Positions 40,641 through 50,575 of a stretch of DNA of 64,000 nucleotides are shown here, piece by piece. The stretch lies in sequence record PX436236.1, one strand, 5' to 3'. Below the pieces are notes generated by a model. That model was not told the origin of the DNA. It did not search any database and worked only from the letters and a program-made list of their open reading frames with translations. Position numbers and translations under genes: made by a program. Within the stretch, counting starts at the first letter, position 1; each line of letters begins with the position of its first letter. Source of the stretch: a phage.

Positions 40641-40901
40641 TTATTTTTGAATTTTATCAAGCCATTTACCAAGTTTAATCATTTCTTTGGTAGCTTTTTC
40701 CATACTTCTAAATTTAACCAGTAAAGGTTGGGCATCAACACCCATAACTAAGGTGGTTACAAGACTATGTTCACCTACAAGCCATAATGAATAAGTTTGG
40801 ATATCGAGCCCGTAATTTCGGTCTTTATGAACTCGTACACCCATCACTTCAAATTTCTCACTGGCTTTTTCTACTGCATCCAGGAAATCATCTTTAGTCA
40901 T
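40641..40901 (-). CDS. Hypothetical protein
   Basis: 86 aa from ATG with RBS AAGG (the track ORF starts at an upstream TTG). Confidence 0.45.
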   Translation of the reverse strand: MTKDDFLDAVEKASEKFEVMGVRVHKDRNYGLDIQTYSLWLVGEHSLVTTLVMGVDAQPLLVKFRSMEKATKEMIKLGKWLDKIQK

Positions 40902-40902
40902 A

Positions 40903-41292
40903 TTAGGCCTTAAAAGTTTTTTGCAAAAGTTCAATGATTTGGTCAACGTTCTGTTCGGTGACAATGCAATGGATTTGAGTCACACCGGCCTTAGCAATAG
41001 GCTCATCGATTTCTTTATCTTCCACAACATATTCACGGAAGCAATAGAACTCGTCTTCATGCAACTCAAAATAATTTGGCGCCAACCCAACTTCATTATA
41101 AATCTCGCCGTTAGCGCATTCGATTTCAGTCACAAATTTGTCGCCATCCATAGTCACCATATCCTTTACTTCAAACCAACCGCCGTTGTCTTGGATAAGG
41201 CCGACCATGCTTTTATTATTTTCATATTCGTCCATTTCAATAAAGTCTTTAATGCATTCAGGACGAAGTTCATAAGTTTTACCGATTTCCAT
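40903..41292 (-). CDS. Hypothetical protein
   Basis: 129 aa acidic protein; conserved early leader. Confidence 0.5.
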   Translation of the reverse strand: MEIGKTYELRPECIKDFIEMDEYENNKSMVGLIQDNGGWFEVKDMVTMDGDKFVTEIECANGEIYNEVGLAPNYFELHEDEFYCFREYVVEDKEIDEPIAKAGVTQIHCIVTEQNVDQIIELLQKTFKA

Positions 41293-41320
41293 TTTATTTC
41301 CTCATGTAGTTGATAGGTCT

Positions 41321-41349
41321 ATAGTATCACGTTTAAAGGCGTTGTAAAC
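41321..41349 (-). promoter_or_regulatory. Early promoter cassette
   Basis: Minus-strand GTTTAC-N17-TACTAT. Confidence 0.55.
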
Positions 41350-41365
41350 CATTAAATGCCAAAAA

Positions 41366-41385
41366 GGGAAGACCGAAGTCTTCCC
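41366..41385 (-). terminator. Intrinsic terminator after gene 32
   Basis: mRNA-sense GGGAAGAC-UUCG-GUCUUCCC followed by UUUUU. Confidence 0.7.
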
Positions 41386-41401
41386 ATTATAAATCAATAA
41401 C

Positions 41402-42307
41402 TTATAGACCAGCTAACAGGTCGTCCAGACCATCGTCATCAGAAGGACTTACTGACGGCTCAGGAGTAGTGGAACGAGTCGGTGTAGATGGTTTAGAATC
41501 ATATGCATCAAGGTCTGCACTGAATGCGTCCAGGTCATCACCAATCTTATCAGCGGCTGCAGAAGCTTTAGCGGCAGCACCACCAAGAGCAGCTGTACCA
41601 ACAACTTTCTTAAACTTGGCTTCGTTAGTTTCGAATGATTTGAAATCGAGCAGTTTAGAAAGGTCGTGCATTTCTTCCATCAATTTAGCTTGGTAAGCTT
41701 CATCATTGATGTTAGGAATTTCAGACTGACCCATGAATTTGGAATCGTCATAGTTCTTGAAGTCGCCAACTTTCTTAGATTTCAGTACGAAGTTCGCACC
41801 ATCAAACGGACATGTTACGTCAACCGGCACTTCACCAATATCGGTATCAACTTCAACCATCTGGTTGATTTTATCCATAATTTTCTGACCGAAACGGAAT
41901 TTAAACACTTTACCTTCGTTAGCAGGCACTGCACTATCCTTAATAACAAGGATGTTAGCCCAGAAGGAAGTTTTACGTTTCATCAGTTTGTATTCGGCAT
42001 TATTAGTATTAAAGGTATCATTCTGGTTCATGTATTTACATACAGGACATGAATCGAAATCACCGTGTGTAGACGTACAGTTTTCAATGTACCATTGACC
42101 ATTTTTCTTAAAGCCGTGGTTAACGAGCTTAATGAATGGAGATGGATTTTCTTCGTTTTTCGAAGGTAGGAAACGAATTACCGCAGTACCAACGCCATTG
42201 TCATCTTTCAATTTCCATTCAGCTTTATCATCGGAAGAGAAAGAAGAACCACCTTTCATTGCAGACAGTTGAGCAGCCAGTTGGGAAGGGTCTTTACGTT
42301 TAAACAT
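41402..42307 (-). CDS. 32: Single-stranded DNA-binding protein gp32
   Basis: 301 aa; near-identical to remembered T4 gp32 (MFKRK..., [24 protein letters not shown], acidic C-terminus). Confidence 0.95.
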   Translation of the reverse strand: MFKRKDPSQLAAQLSAMKGGSSFSSDDKAEWKLKDDNGVGTAVIRFLPSKNEENPSPFIKLVNHGFKKNGQWYIENCTSTHGDFDSCPVCKYMNQNDTFNTNNAEYKLMKRKTSFWANILVIKDSAVPANEGKVFKFRFGQKIMDKINQMVEVDTDIGEVPVDVTCPFDGANFVLKSKKVGDFKNYDDSKFMGQSEIPNINDEAYQAKLMEEMHDLSKLLDFKSFETNEAKFKKVVGTAALGGAAAKASAAADKIGDDLDAFSADLDAYDSKPSTPTRSTTPEPSVSPSDDDGLDDLLAGL

Positions 42308-42396
42308 ATTATTTACCTTAGCAGATTTAGCAGTTATATTTTATTAACAGTTTTTAACAGATTGAGTTAGTATATTAACACAGTTGGTTTGAAGCA
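42308..42396 (-). promoter_or_regulatory. Gene 32 leader / candidate autogenous translational operator
   Basis: AU-rich 5-prime leader with repeated UUAA(A/U) elements (GTTAATATACTAAC...CTGTTAAAAACTGTTAATAAAATATAAC) resembling the T4 gene 32 operator. Confidence 0.45.
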
Positions 42397-43050
42397 TTAA
42401 AACTTACAAGATTTGATAGTTTCAATGAACAATTTACGAGCTTCTAAATTATCGATTATAAGAATTTTCTTATAAGCATTTAATTTAGTCGAATACTTAG
42501 ACCATACTAAATCGTTGGTCTGTTCATCATGTTTATTTATTATATCCATAAATGAATCAAGCAAAATAAACGTTTCGAATGAAATCACATTCGATTGAAG
42601 GAGCTTAAAAATATAGCTCGAGTTAACTTTTTTATTATAATCAAAAATTTCAGAAAGCGCTTGAACTTCCACTTTCTTACTAAAATAATAAATGTTTTTG
42701 ATATCATCCTCAAAAACTTGTTTTATTCTTTTAAGTCTACCGATATATTCTCGGTAAAAGACTAAGGCGTCAGCATCACTGATGTCGCCAATCCATGCGT
42801 CTTGGTTAGCCACCAAGTTACTCATGAAGATAAGAGCAAGCTCTTTCAAAGTGTATTTATCACTCAATTTCTCAAAGAAATATTTGTCACGACGTTTTTG
42901 ATAAGCCGTATCAGAGATTCGCATGACCCAGTTATATTTTATAACGTCGTATTTGGCATTGAAGTGATGTTTGAGCATTAAGTATAGTGAATATACGCTC
43001 TTACCATTCACCATACGGTTATTGTTTGGTGGCATGCGAATCTTAATCAT
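42397..43050 (-). CDS. 59: Helicase loader gp59
   Basis: 217 aa, same length as T4 gp59; long identical stretches (YDVIKYNW.MR.SD.AYQKRRDKYFF, ELALIF.SNLVANQDAWIGDISDADALVFYREYIGRLK). Confidence 0.95.
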   Translation of the reverse strand: MIKIRMPPNNNRMVNGKSVYSLYLMLKHHFNAKYDVIKYNWVMRISDTAYQKRRDKYFFEKLSDKYTLKELALIFMSNLVANQDAWIGDISDADALVFYREYIGRLKRIKQVFEDDIKNIYYFSKKVEVQALSEIFDYNKKVNSSYIFKLLQSNVISFETFILLDSFMDIINKHDEQTNDLVWSKYSTKLNAYKKILIIDNLEARKLFIETIKSCKF

Positions 43051-43349
43051 AACAAGAAATCCAGAGTATTAGTTTTTTGCGTTCGAGCCATTGAAGGTCG
43101 AAGCAAGTTATCATCAATGGCTTCGTTCATAATTTTATCAATAATTCCTGCAGGCAAATAACGAGCAAAGTTACCTTCAGGGATGCTGTTCTCTTCCAAC
43201 CATGCGGTAGCCGCTTCGAGGTAACTACAACCTTCAGCTTCAACAAAGGCCTCAATATCAAGGCCATTCTGTTGTTTGTTTACGAGCACATGGACAGGTT
43301 CGGAAGCGGTATTAACCGCTCCATCAAAATCATTCAAAGATTGTGTCAT
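43047..43349 (-). CDS. 33: Late transcription accessory protein gp33
   Basis: 100 aa; ATGA overlap with gene 59; T4 position. Confidence 0.6.
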   Translation of the reverse strand: MTQSLNDFDGAVNTASEPVHVLVNKQQNGLDIEAFVEAEGCSYLEAATAWLEENSIPEGNFARYLPAGIIDKIMNEAIDDNLLRPSMARTQKTNTLDFLL

Positions 43350-43599
43350 ACAGTTCTACCACTTCAGTTTTTTCGTCTTCGAAACGTTCACGGGTGCCTT
43401 TATGGTACAGAGAGAACAGTTGGTTAAACATTTTACCGTCTACACCAAGTTCAGTCTTAGCACGGTCTTTGATATCTTTAATTTCGTCACCGTAAGCTTC
43501 CATTTTTAATTTAGTATCAGAAGCCGACTTAATCAGTTGTGCCAATGTGTTACCATGTTCTTCTTGATTGAATTCAACTTTCACTTTTTCTTTAGCCAT
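43330..43599 (-). CDS. dsbA: Double-stranded DNA-binding protein DsbA
   Basis: 89 aa from internal ATG with RBS AAGGTGA; matches remembered T4 DsbA (ELGVDGKMFN.L..LYHK, VVELYDT.F). Confidence 0.75.
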   Translation of the reverse strand: MAKEKVKVEFNQEEHGNTLAQLIKSASDTKLKMEAYGDEIKDIKDRAKTELGVDGKMFNQLFSLYHKGTRERFEDEKTEVVELYDTIFE

Positions 43600-43609
43600 T
43601 ATATTCACC

Positions 43610-44557
43610 TTAATAAAAATCAGCTACTGTAGCAGTTAGTTTAGACAAACCAGATTTAACGAAATAAGGATAAACTTTAGATTTCGAAGGTTTGTTATAC
43701 GTATTATATCTTTCAGTAATTAAAGCAACAATATCATCTGGAATAAAGTCCATATCAATTAAGATTTGGTTTTCACAGAAACGTTCATATTGTTCTTCAG
43801 TAAGAAGTGTTTTAATTATATCATGGTCGTAATAATTCAGAGCAATTGCTTCAAGTTCCTTGGCACGAGTGCTAGGAGTACGTTCGCCTTCAACCATCGT
43901 CAACCAGTAATCACCACGAACTTTAATACTCGCGACGTTATCCTTGCGGTCGCCTTTAACAACCTTAGTTACACAATCTAATAATGAATCGCCAGATTTT
44001 GTTTTGACGAATTTTTTCTGCATTGGAGACCATTGTTTTACCCCAGGGAATTTATGGAGTTGAGTAAAGTCGCCATCCGAAGAACCAATCATAACTGGAT
44101 GGCCTAAAGCCGTGAGGATTCGGGTTAAAACAGCAATATGGTCATCAGCTTCGATTGTATCGATATTCATAACAATATAAGGCATGTTTTGTTCCAGTTC
44201 ATCAACAATAATATGCATTGCTGTGAATAAACCTTCCCAATCAAATGGTGATTCGTCACGTGCCTTAGCACGGTTTTTCTTATAATAAGGTGAATAGCGA
44301 CGACGCCAATAACCTGATTTAGAGTTATCAACACAAATAACCAGTTGGTTGTACCCCTGTTTTTTAAAGTCTTTAATATTTTTCTTAATTGAATTCAACA
44401 CGAGGTGTCGAAGCATTGCTGTAGTTACTTTAGGAAATCCAGCATTCTCACCAAACTCTTGGAAAGCTGCAGCCATAATGATTTGGCTGAAATCTAGGAG
44501 TAAAAATCCATCTTTTTGTTGGTCTTCTTCAGGAAGTAAAAAATCTAAATCGTTCAT
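43610..44557 (-). CDS. rnh: RNase H (5-prime to 3-prime exonuclease)
   Basis: 316 aa from internal ATG with RBS GAGG; conserved blocks (IDFSQI, GYWRR, ADDHIAVL, SSDGDFTQLHK, RTPS). Confidence 0.9.
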   Translation of the reverse strand: MNDLDFLLPEEDQQKDGFLLLDFSQIIMAAAFQEFGENAGFPKVTTAMLRHLVLNSIKKNIKDFKKQGYNQLVICVDNSKSGYWRRRYSPYYKKNRAKARDESPFDWEGLFTAMHIIVDELEQNMPYIVMNIDTIEADDHIAVLTRILTALGHPVMIGSSDGDFTQLHKFPGVKQWSPMQKKFVKTKSGDSLLDCVTKVVKGDRKDNVASIKVRGDYWLTMVEGERTPSTRAKELEAIALNYYDHDIIKTLLTEEQYERFCENQILIDMDFIPDDIVALITERYNTYNKPSKSKVYPYFVKSGLSKLTATVADFY

Positions 44558-44588
44558 ATGAACCTCTGTCCAATTAGTGTAGAGGTTC

Positions 44589-44617
44589 ATTATATCACGA
44601 CCCTAGAAGAAGTAAAC
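44589..44617 (-). promoter_or_regulatory. Early promoter for rnh
   Basis: Minus-strand GTTTAC-N17-TATAAT; the -10 overlaps the track's upstream ATG, which supports the downstream start at 44557. Confidence 0.5.
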
Positions 44618-44624
44618 ACTTTGC

Positions 44625-44632
44625 TATAAATA
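44625..44632 (+). promoter_or_regulatory. Late promoter TATAAATA for gene 34
   Basis: Exact TATAAATA 33 nt upstream of the gp34 ATG; RBS AAGGAAA. Confidence 0.75.
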
Positions 44633-44664
44633 GTTCTATACCCTGAAAACGAAAAGGAAATAAA

Positions 44665-47600
44665 ATGGCCGATATTTTAAAACCTGCCTTCCGTGCTACA
44701 TCCGGACTCGATGCTGCAGGCGAGAAAGTTATCAATGTTGCCAAAGCCGATTACAATGTATTAGACGACGGCGTCAACGTTGAATTCTTTATAGATGAGA
44801 ACACCATCCAGGCGTACGACGAGACGCGCGGATATAAGAAAGGGTTTGCCGTAATCCATGACCAACGTATCTGGGTTGCTCAACGTGATATCGATGCTCC
44901 AGCAGGAACCTTTGTACCGGGTTATTGGACTGCAACTCGTACTGACCCTAAATGGATTACCGTAGCATCTCCTACACGCCAGCTGGCTTCCGGTGAATAT
45001 ATTGCTGTGGATTCTGCTGCTAGCTTTACTACATTTACCCTGCCTCCGAACCCTACTGATGGTGATACCATCGTAATCAAGGATATTGGTGGCCGTGTAG
45101 GTTATAATGAAATTAAGCTCCAGTCTAGTTCTGCTCCAGGTGGTGGTAATCAGAAAATTGTCCGTTTCGGTAACCAGTTCACTGAGACCTTAATTACGAA
45201 GCCTTTTTCCTATAATATGATTATCTTTGCCAACCGTTTATGGCATTTCTGGGAAGCAGCTAATGAAGAACGTGGTATTCGTGTAGAACCGAACACCGCC
45301 CAGTTCCAATCACAAGCGGGTGATAACGTTTTACGTCGTTATACTTCGGGTGCAGTAATTAAGTTTACTCTTCCTAAGTATGCGAACCAAGGTGATATTA
45401 TTAAAACCGTTGATATCGATGGTTTAGGAAGTAAATTCCACTTAATCGTTGAAACATTTGATGCGTCATCTTCATTAGGTAAGCCTGGCCAGCATAGCAT
45501 GGAATTCCGTACTTCAGGTGATGGATTCTTTGTTTATAACTCTACCGAAAAATTATGGTATGTTTGGGACGGCGACCGACAAACTCGTTTACGTGTAATT
45601 CGTGACGATGTTGAACTCTTGGCTAACGAAAGTGTTATTGTTTTTGGTCCTAATAACACGACACCCCAGACAATTAATATCACATTACCTACCGGTGTGG
45701 CCCAGGGTGATGTCGTTAAGATTGCTCTGAACTATCTCCGTAAAGCTCAGACGGTAAATATTAAGGCTGCCGTAGGAGATAAGATTGCTTCATCCGTCCA
45801 GTTGCTTCAATTCCCTAAACGTTCAGAATATCCGCCAGAAACCGAATGGGTATTGAATGACGTACTGACCTTTAATGGCAATATAAGTTATACTCCGGTT
45901 ATTGAACTGAGTTATATCGAAGACACCACTACAGGTGGCAAATATTGGGTTGTTGCCCAGAACGTTCCTACTATAGAACGTGTGGATTCTAAAGATGATT
46001 TAACTCGTGCTCGTTTAGGTGTTATTGCCCTTGCGTCCCAGACTCAAGCAAACGTCGACCATGAAAATAATCCTGAAAAAGAACTGGCAATTACTCCGCA
46101 GACTTTAGCTAATCGTGTAGCGACTGAATCTCGTCGTGGTATTGCTCGTATTGCTACTACTGCTCAGGTGAACCAGGACACAACCTTCGCATTCCAGGAC
46201 GATTTGATTATTTCTCCTAAGAAATTAAACGAACGTACTGCAACCGAAACACGTCGTGGTGTTGCTGAAATTGCTACGCAAGTTGAAACCAATGCTGGTA
46301 CAGATGATACTACAATCATCACTCCTAAGAAGCTACAAGCACGCCAGGGTTCGGAAAGTCTTTCAGGTATTGTAACATATACCTCTACTGTAGGAACCAC
46401 TCCTGCGACTGCTAGGGACACCGTAGGTACTAACGTTTATAATAAGAACGTAGGCAATTTGGTTATTTCTCCTAAAGCTCTTGACCAGTATAAAGCTACC
46501 CAAGTTCAACAGGGTACGGTATATCTTTCTAACCAATCTGAAGTTAACGCAGGTCAAACTGCAAGTGGATTTGCCAACAGTGCTGTTTCTCCTGAAACAT
46601 TACATGCTCGTGTGGCTCTTGATACTCGTACAGGGTTAATTGAAATTGCTACGCAACAGGAAACTGATACTGGAACAGATTATACTCGTGCAGTAACGCC
46701 TAAAACGTTAAATGATAGGAAAGCTACGGAAGGATTGACTGGTATTGCTAGAATTGCAACACAGGTAGAATTTGATGCTGGTACGTTAGATAATGTTATT
46801 TCAACTCCGTTGAAAGTTAAAACAAGATTTAATGATACTGCTAGAACTTCTGTCTCAGCAGCCAGTGGTTTGGTTGAATCAGGAACCTTATGGAACCATT
46901 ATACACTAGATATTAGAGAAGCAAATGAGACTCAACGTGGTACTGCTCGCCTGGCAACCCAGACCGAAGTCAACGTTGGTACCGATGATAAAACTATCAT
47001 CACTCCTTTGAAATTGCATTCTAAAAAATCTACTGAAAGTTCTGAAGGTATTATTCGTGTTGCAACGAATACCGAAACAACTGCAGGAACTTCTAAAGTT
47101 CTGGCTGTAAGCCCTTCTGGTTTAAAATATGTAGTACAAACCGAAACCACTTGGGAAGCTACTGCACTTCGTCGTGGATTTGTTAAACTAACCGAAGGTG
47201 CTTTAACCCATTCAGGAAATAAAGTTACTGGTTCTGGTGTTAAATTTAACTCAGGTACAGGCCTTTACGAGAACGATGATACTGTTCTGAATGCAGCGAA
47301 CTATCCTAAAACAGGTTATGCTGTTTCATCTTACGAGATGAATAAAACTTTACAGAACTTTTTACCTATAAATGCTACGGCTGTGAACTCCGAGAAATTG
47401 GATGGCCTAGATTCACTTCAGTTCATTCGTAGAGACGTTGACCAAACGGTTAATGGTTCTTTAACGTTGACAAAACAATTGAACCTGGCAGCTCCTCTAG
47501 TGTCTTCTAGTACTGCTAATATTACCGGCAATACTATTTTAGGTTCTCTGGAAGTAACCGGAAATTCTACTTTTAAAAATGATGTATCTGTTAGCTCAGG

Positions 47601-48714
47601 TAAATCTATTAAATTTGTAGGCCCACAGTCAGGCGCCGGTACTTGGAACTCTCAAGGTGATACTTTAGCTCCGATTTTTGCCGAGATAAATTCGACCCCA
47701 GATGCCAAGTTCCATCCTATTGTTAAACAACGTTTAGGGCAAGGTACGTTCTCTTTAGGCACTGTAAATGATGGAACTCGTGATTTTAAAATACATTATC
47801 TTCCATCGCCGGGTTCTTTAGAATCTTTCTACTGGACCTTTAATACGACTGGTGACTTTGCTGTTAATAGTGGTTCCATTAGTATTTCTAAGAATGCTAA
47901 TATCACAGGTATAACCACTTCTAACGGTGTTTCTACAACTACATTAAATGCTTCTGCTCTGTCTTCATTACAAAACGTAACTACTTCAGGTACTATCGTT
48001 TCCACCGGACAGGTATCGGCAAATAATGGTTTGGTTGCTCAAAAATACGTCCGCTCTGTTGGTGTTAAACCTACATTAGCATCGCAGGCCCCTACTGCAG
48101 AAACAGTTGGCTTCTGGTCTGTCGATATCAATGATTCGGCTACATTTAACCTATTCCCAGGTTATTGGACGATGAAAACTAAACGTCAGGTTAATATTGA
48201 TACGGTCCAAACTAAACCTGCCGGTGTTTCTGATGAGATATGGAATGCTTCTGGTTGGTTGACGGAAACGGGTGCATTTAGTTCTCCGGCTATTCGTTAT
48301 CGTAACGAAGACGGTAGTTTTGGTGACGAAGTTCTCAGTACGACGGGTCAGAAATTACGTGGTACTTGGTTTGATTATTCTGTTCGTGATAAGGAAGTTA
48401 AATATCCTGGTACGTTAACTCAGTTTGGTAATACATTGGATTCATGTTATCAGGATTGGGTGTGCTATCCTACAGGACTGAATGGTGGTACTATTCGTTA
48501 TACACGTACCTGGCAGAAAAATAAAAACGCATGGACTACGTTCTCTATGGTCTATACGGCAGATAACCCTCCTTCTGCGGAAGAGGTTGGTGCATTGCCT
48601 GCTGATAACGCCACAATGGGTAACATTACAATCCTTGATTGGTTACGTATTGGTAACGTTCGTATTATTCCTGACCCGGTCACTAAATCCGTTAAGTTTG
48701 AGTGGATTGAATAA
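44665..48714 (+). CDS. 34: Long tail fibre proximal subunit gp34
   Basis: 1349 aa; long near-identical stretches to remembered T4 gp34, including shaft repeats and the C-terminus GNVRI.PDPV.K.VKFEW.E. Confidence 0.95.
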   Translation: MADILKPAFRATSGLDAAGEKVINVAKADYNVLDDGVNVEFFIDENTIQAYDETRGYKKGFAVIHDQRIWVAQRDIDAPAGTFVPGYWTATRTDPKWITVASPTRQLASGEYIAVDSAASFTTFTLPPNPTDGDTIVIKDIGGRVGYNEIKLQSSSAPGGGNQKIVRFGNQFTETLITKPFSYNMIIFANRLWHFWEAANEERGIRVEPNTAQFQSQAGDNVLRRYTSGAVIKFTLPKYANQGDIIKTVDIDGLGSKFHLIVETFDASSSLGKPGQHSMEFRTSGDGFFVYNSTEKLWYVWDGDRQTRLRVIRDDVELLANESVIVFGPNNTTPQTINITLPTGVAQGDVVKIALNYLRKAQTVNIKAAVGDKIASSVQLLQFPKRSEYPPETEWVLNDVLTFNGNISYTPVIELSYIEDTTTGGKYWVVAQNVPTIERVDSKDDLTRARLGVIALASQTQANVDHENNPEKELAITPQTLANRVATESRRGIARIATTAQVNQDTTFAFQDDLIISPKKLNERTATETRRGVAEIATQVETNAGTDDTTIITPKKLQARQGSESLSGIVTYTSTVGTTPATARDTVGTNVYNKNVGNLVISPKALDQYKATQVQQGTVYLSNQSEVNAGQTASGFANSAVSPETLHARVALDTRTGLIEIATQQETDTGTDYTRAVTPKTLNDRKATEGLTGIARIATQVEFDAGTLDNVISTPLKVKTRFNDTARTSVSAASGLVESGTLWNHYTLDIREANETQRGTARLATQTEVNVGTDDKTIITPLKLHSKKSTESSEGIIRVATNTETTAGTSKVLAVSPSGLKYVVQTETTWEATALRRGFVKLTEGALTHSGNKVTGSGVKFNSGTGLYENDDTVLNAANYPKTGYAVSSYEMNKTLQNFLPINATAVNSEKLDGLDSLQFIRRDVDQTVNGSLTLTKQLNLAAPLVSSSTANITGNTILGSLEVTGNSTFKNDVSVSSGKSIKFVGPQSGAGTWNSQGDTLAPIFAEINSTPDAKFHPIVKQRLGQGTFSLGTVNDGTRDFKIHYLPSPGSLESFYWTFNTTGDFAVNSGSISISKNANITGITTSNGVSTTTLNASALSSLQNVTTSGTIVSTGQVSANNGLVAQKYVRSVGVKPTLASQAPTAETVGFWSVDINDSATFNLFPGYWTMKTKRQVNIDTVQTKPAGVSDEIWNASGWLTETGAFSSPAIRYRNEDGSFGDEVLSTTGQKLRGTWFDYSVRDKEVKYPGTLTQFGNTLDSCYQDWVCYPTGLNGGTIRYTRTWQKNKNAWTTFSMVYTADNPPSAEEVGALPADNATMGNITILDWLRIGNVRIIPDPVTKSVKFEWIE
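46090..47110 (+). repeat. gp34 shaft repeat region (intragenic tandem degenerate repeats)
   Basis: Recurring about 40-codon units ending in ATExRRG(I/V)A(R/E)IAT(T/Q)..(V/E)N..T.DT; approximate bounds. Confidence 0.5.
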
Positions 48715-48722
48715 GAGGTATT

Positions 48723-49844
48723 ATGGAAAGATTTATGGCAGAATTTGGACAAGGATATGTCCAGGTTCCTACATTATCTGAAAACAATGCTGTAAGGTAT
48801 AAACTTAGTATAGCGGGTAGTTGTACTAAGTCTACCACAAAAGCATATGTTAAATTTCAAGATGGGAACTTCGGTTCCCAGAATTTTCAAAATGGATTAA
48901 ACCTTATAGAAATTGATGTTAGTGCTGAACCTAAAATAGTGGCTAACAAAACTTATAGTTTTACAAAAGATTTTGATGTTATTTCTGAAGCTTTTATAAC
49001 GTATATAAATTCTATACCGGCCAATAGAATAGTTTGTTTAGTATCTTCTGGTAGATTAAATGCTTCACAAAAACTTATCGATTGGTTCCGTGCAGCAGGA
49101 AGTACCGCATTCCCGTCTAAATGGTTGATAGACCGGTTTGAGCCGTCTTATTCTGCATTTTATGTTTCAGGAAGGAATGCTATAGTAATGGAACATGTGC
49201 TTTATAATGATGGGGTATTGGTCGAAGATGTTTCTACTCCATTAGAAGTGGTATTTGATGATATCAGTGATGTCGGTGGTACAGGATATCCTGTCAGAAT
49301 TGTTGAAGACGAAAGCACTTATCTAAGCAATGATGGAGATGAAATTAAGCGATTTCCTACCGAATCTCCTACCACCCCATTAACAGATTATAACATGAAG
49401 CCAGGTGAATTCTTTTACCTTAAGTTTCAATTAATGCGCGACCAAGCTTTAAAAGACGTAGGGACTTCTCAGATGTCTGTTAGATTTTTTAATGCCTCAG
49501 GTGCTTTAACCGGGACAGTTAATATGGACGTTCCTTCCAACGTTCCTGCCGGTGCATGGATGACATTTGAACGGGTTGTAATGGTTCCTGAAGGTACTAC
49601 AGACTTTACCCTTTATGCCAGAAAAACCGCTTCGGCTGGCCAAGGCGGAGTTCGAAATGTTATGTTCGGTGAGATATCTGAATCAGAACCTCAGCCAAAA
49701 CCTGCTGAATTTGGTGTTAACGGTATTCGTATGAACTTTGGTACGGAAACTAAAAATATGGGTACTACCATAGCCCAGCTATATGATAAAACAGGCACTA
49801 AACCTGGTCAGGTTTGGGTCGCTGAATTTAGAGAAAAATATTAA
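48723..49844 (+). CDS. 35: Long tail fibre hinge protein gp35
   Basis: 373 aa (T4 gp35 is about 372 aa); RBS AAGAGG. Confidence 0.8.
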   Translation: MERFMAEFGQGYVQVPTLSENNAVRYKLSIAGSCTKSTTKAYVKFQDGNFGSQNFQNGLNLIEIDVSAEPKIVANKTYSFTKDFDVISEAFITYINSIPANRIVCLVSSGRLNASQKLIDWFRAAGSTAFPSKWLIDRFEPSYSAFYVSGRNAIVMEHVLYNDGVLVEDVSTPLEVVFDDISDVGGTGYPVRIVEDESTYLSNDGDEIKRFPTESPTTPLTDYNMKPGEFFYLKFQLMRDQALKDVGTSQMSVRFFNASGALTGTVNMDVPSNVPAGAWMTFERVVMVPEGTTDFTLYARKTASAGQGGVRNVMFGEISESEPQPKPAEFGVNGIRMNFGTETKNMGTTIAQLYDKTGTKPGQVWVAEFREKY

Positions 49845-49860
49845 GGAACCTTCGGGTTCC
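49845..49860 (+). terminator. Intrinsic terminator after gene 35
   Basis: GGAACC-UUCG-GGUUCC followed by UUUUUCGUUUUC. Confidence 0.7.
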
Positions 49861-49878
49861 TTTTTCGTTTTCTACGGC

Positions 49879-49886
49879 CATAAATA
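49879..49886 (+). promoter_or_regulatory. Candidate late promoter variant CATAAATA for genes 36-37-38
   Basis: CATAAATA 33 nt upstream of the gp36 ATG, directly after a terminator. Confidence 0.35.
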
Positions 49887-49919
49887 TATAAAAGGCTATA
49901 ACTCCCAAAGGAAACTCAA

Positions 49920-50567
49920 ATGGCAGATTTAAAATTAGGTTCTACAGCAGGAGGTTCAGTATTATGGCACCAAGGTAATTTTCCCTTAACGCCTGTATCA
50001 AACGACCTTCTTTACAAAACATATAAAGTTTATACCGAATATAATAAACCACAAGCCACTGATAACGACTTTGTTTCAAAAGCAAATGGTGGTAATTATA
50101 AGAATAACGTGTATTTTGAAAAAGGGCTGACCTTTAATGATACTAATGGATACGGTATTAAATTAGGAACAAGAACTGGTGGAGCACCGTTCACGGCTTC
50201 TTTCCGTATTAAAGGCGCTTTTGGATATGAAACGGAAAACGGTACTCCATTTATAATATTTGACCCGAATACAGCAGTTGGTGCTAAACGACTTACCGTA
50301 ATGGGTGATTCATTATTCCGTCAGGTATACGATGAATCTGGCCGCGTATTCAGCCCAGGCAACACCCCTACTAAAGCCCAAGTCGGATTGCCATTAGTAG
50401 ATAACGCAAAACAAGTCCAAATAAATAATACTAACATGCAAACAATGACCGGAGTACTTGCTGCTCCTAACTTTATTTCGCTGAATCCGGCCTCTGACGC
50501 AGGACACGTTCCTCGTTTTGACCAGATTGTTATTAAAGATTCTATTCAAGATTTTGGTTATTATTAA
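49920..50567 (+). CDS. 36: Long tail fibre distal connector gp36
   Basis: 215 aa; N-terminus MADLK.GST.GGSV.WHQGNFPL and C-terminus HVPRFDQIVIKDS.QDFGYY match remembered T4 gp36. Confidence 0.9.
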   Translation: MADLKLGSTAGGSVLWHQGNFPLTPVSNDLLYKTYKVYTEYNKPQATDNDFVSKANGGNYKNNVYFEKGLTFNDTNGYGIKLGTRTGGAPFTASFRIKGAFGYETENGTPFIIFDPNTAVGAKRLTVMGDSLFRQVYDESGRVFSPGNTPTKAQVGLPLVDNAKQVQINNTNMQTMTGVLAAPNFISLNPASDAGHVPRFDQIVIKDSIQDFGYY

Positions 50568-50575
50568 GAGGCATT

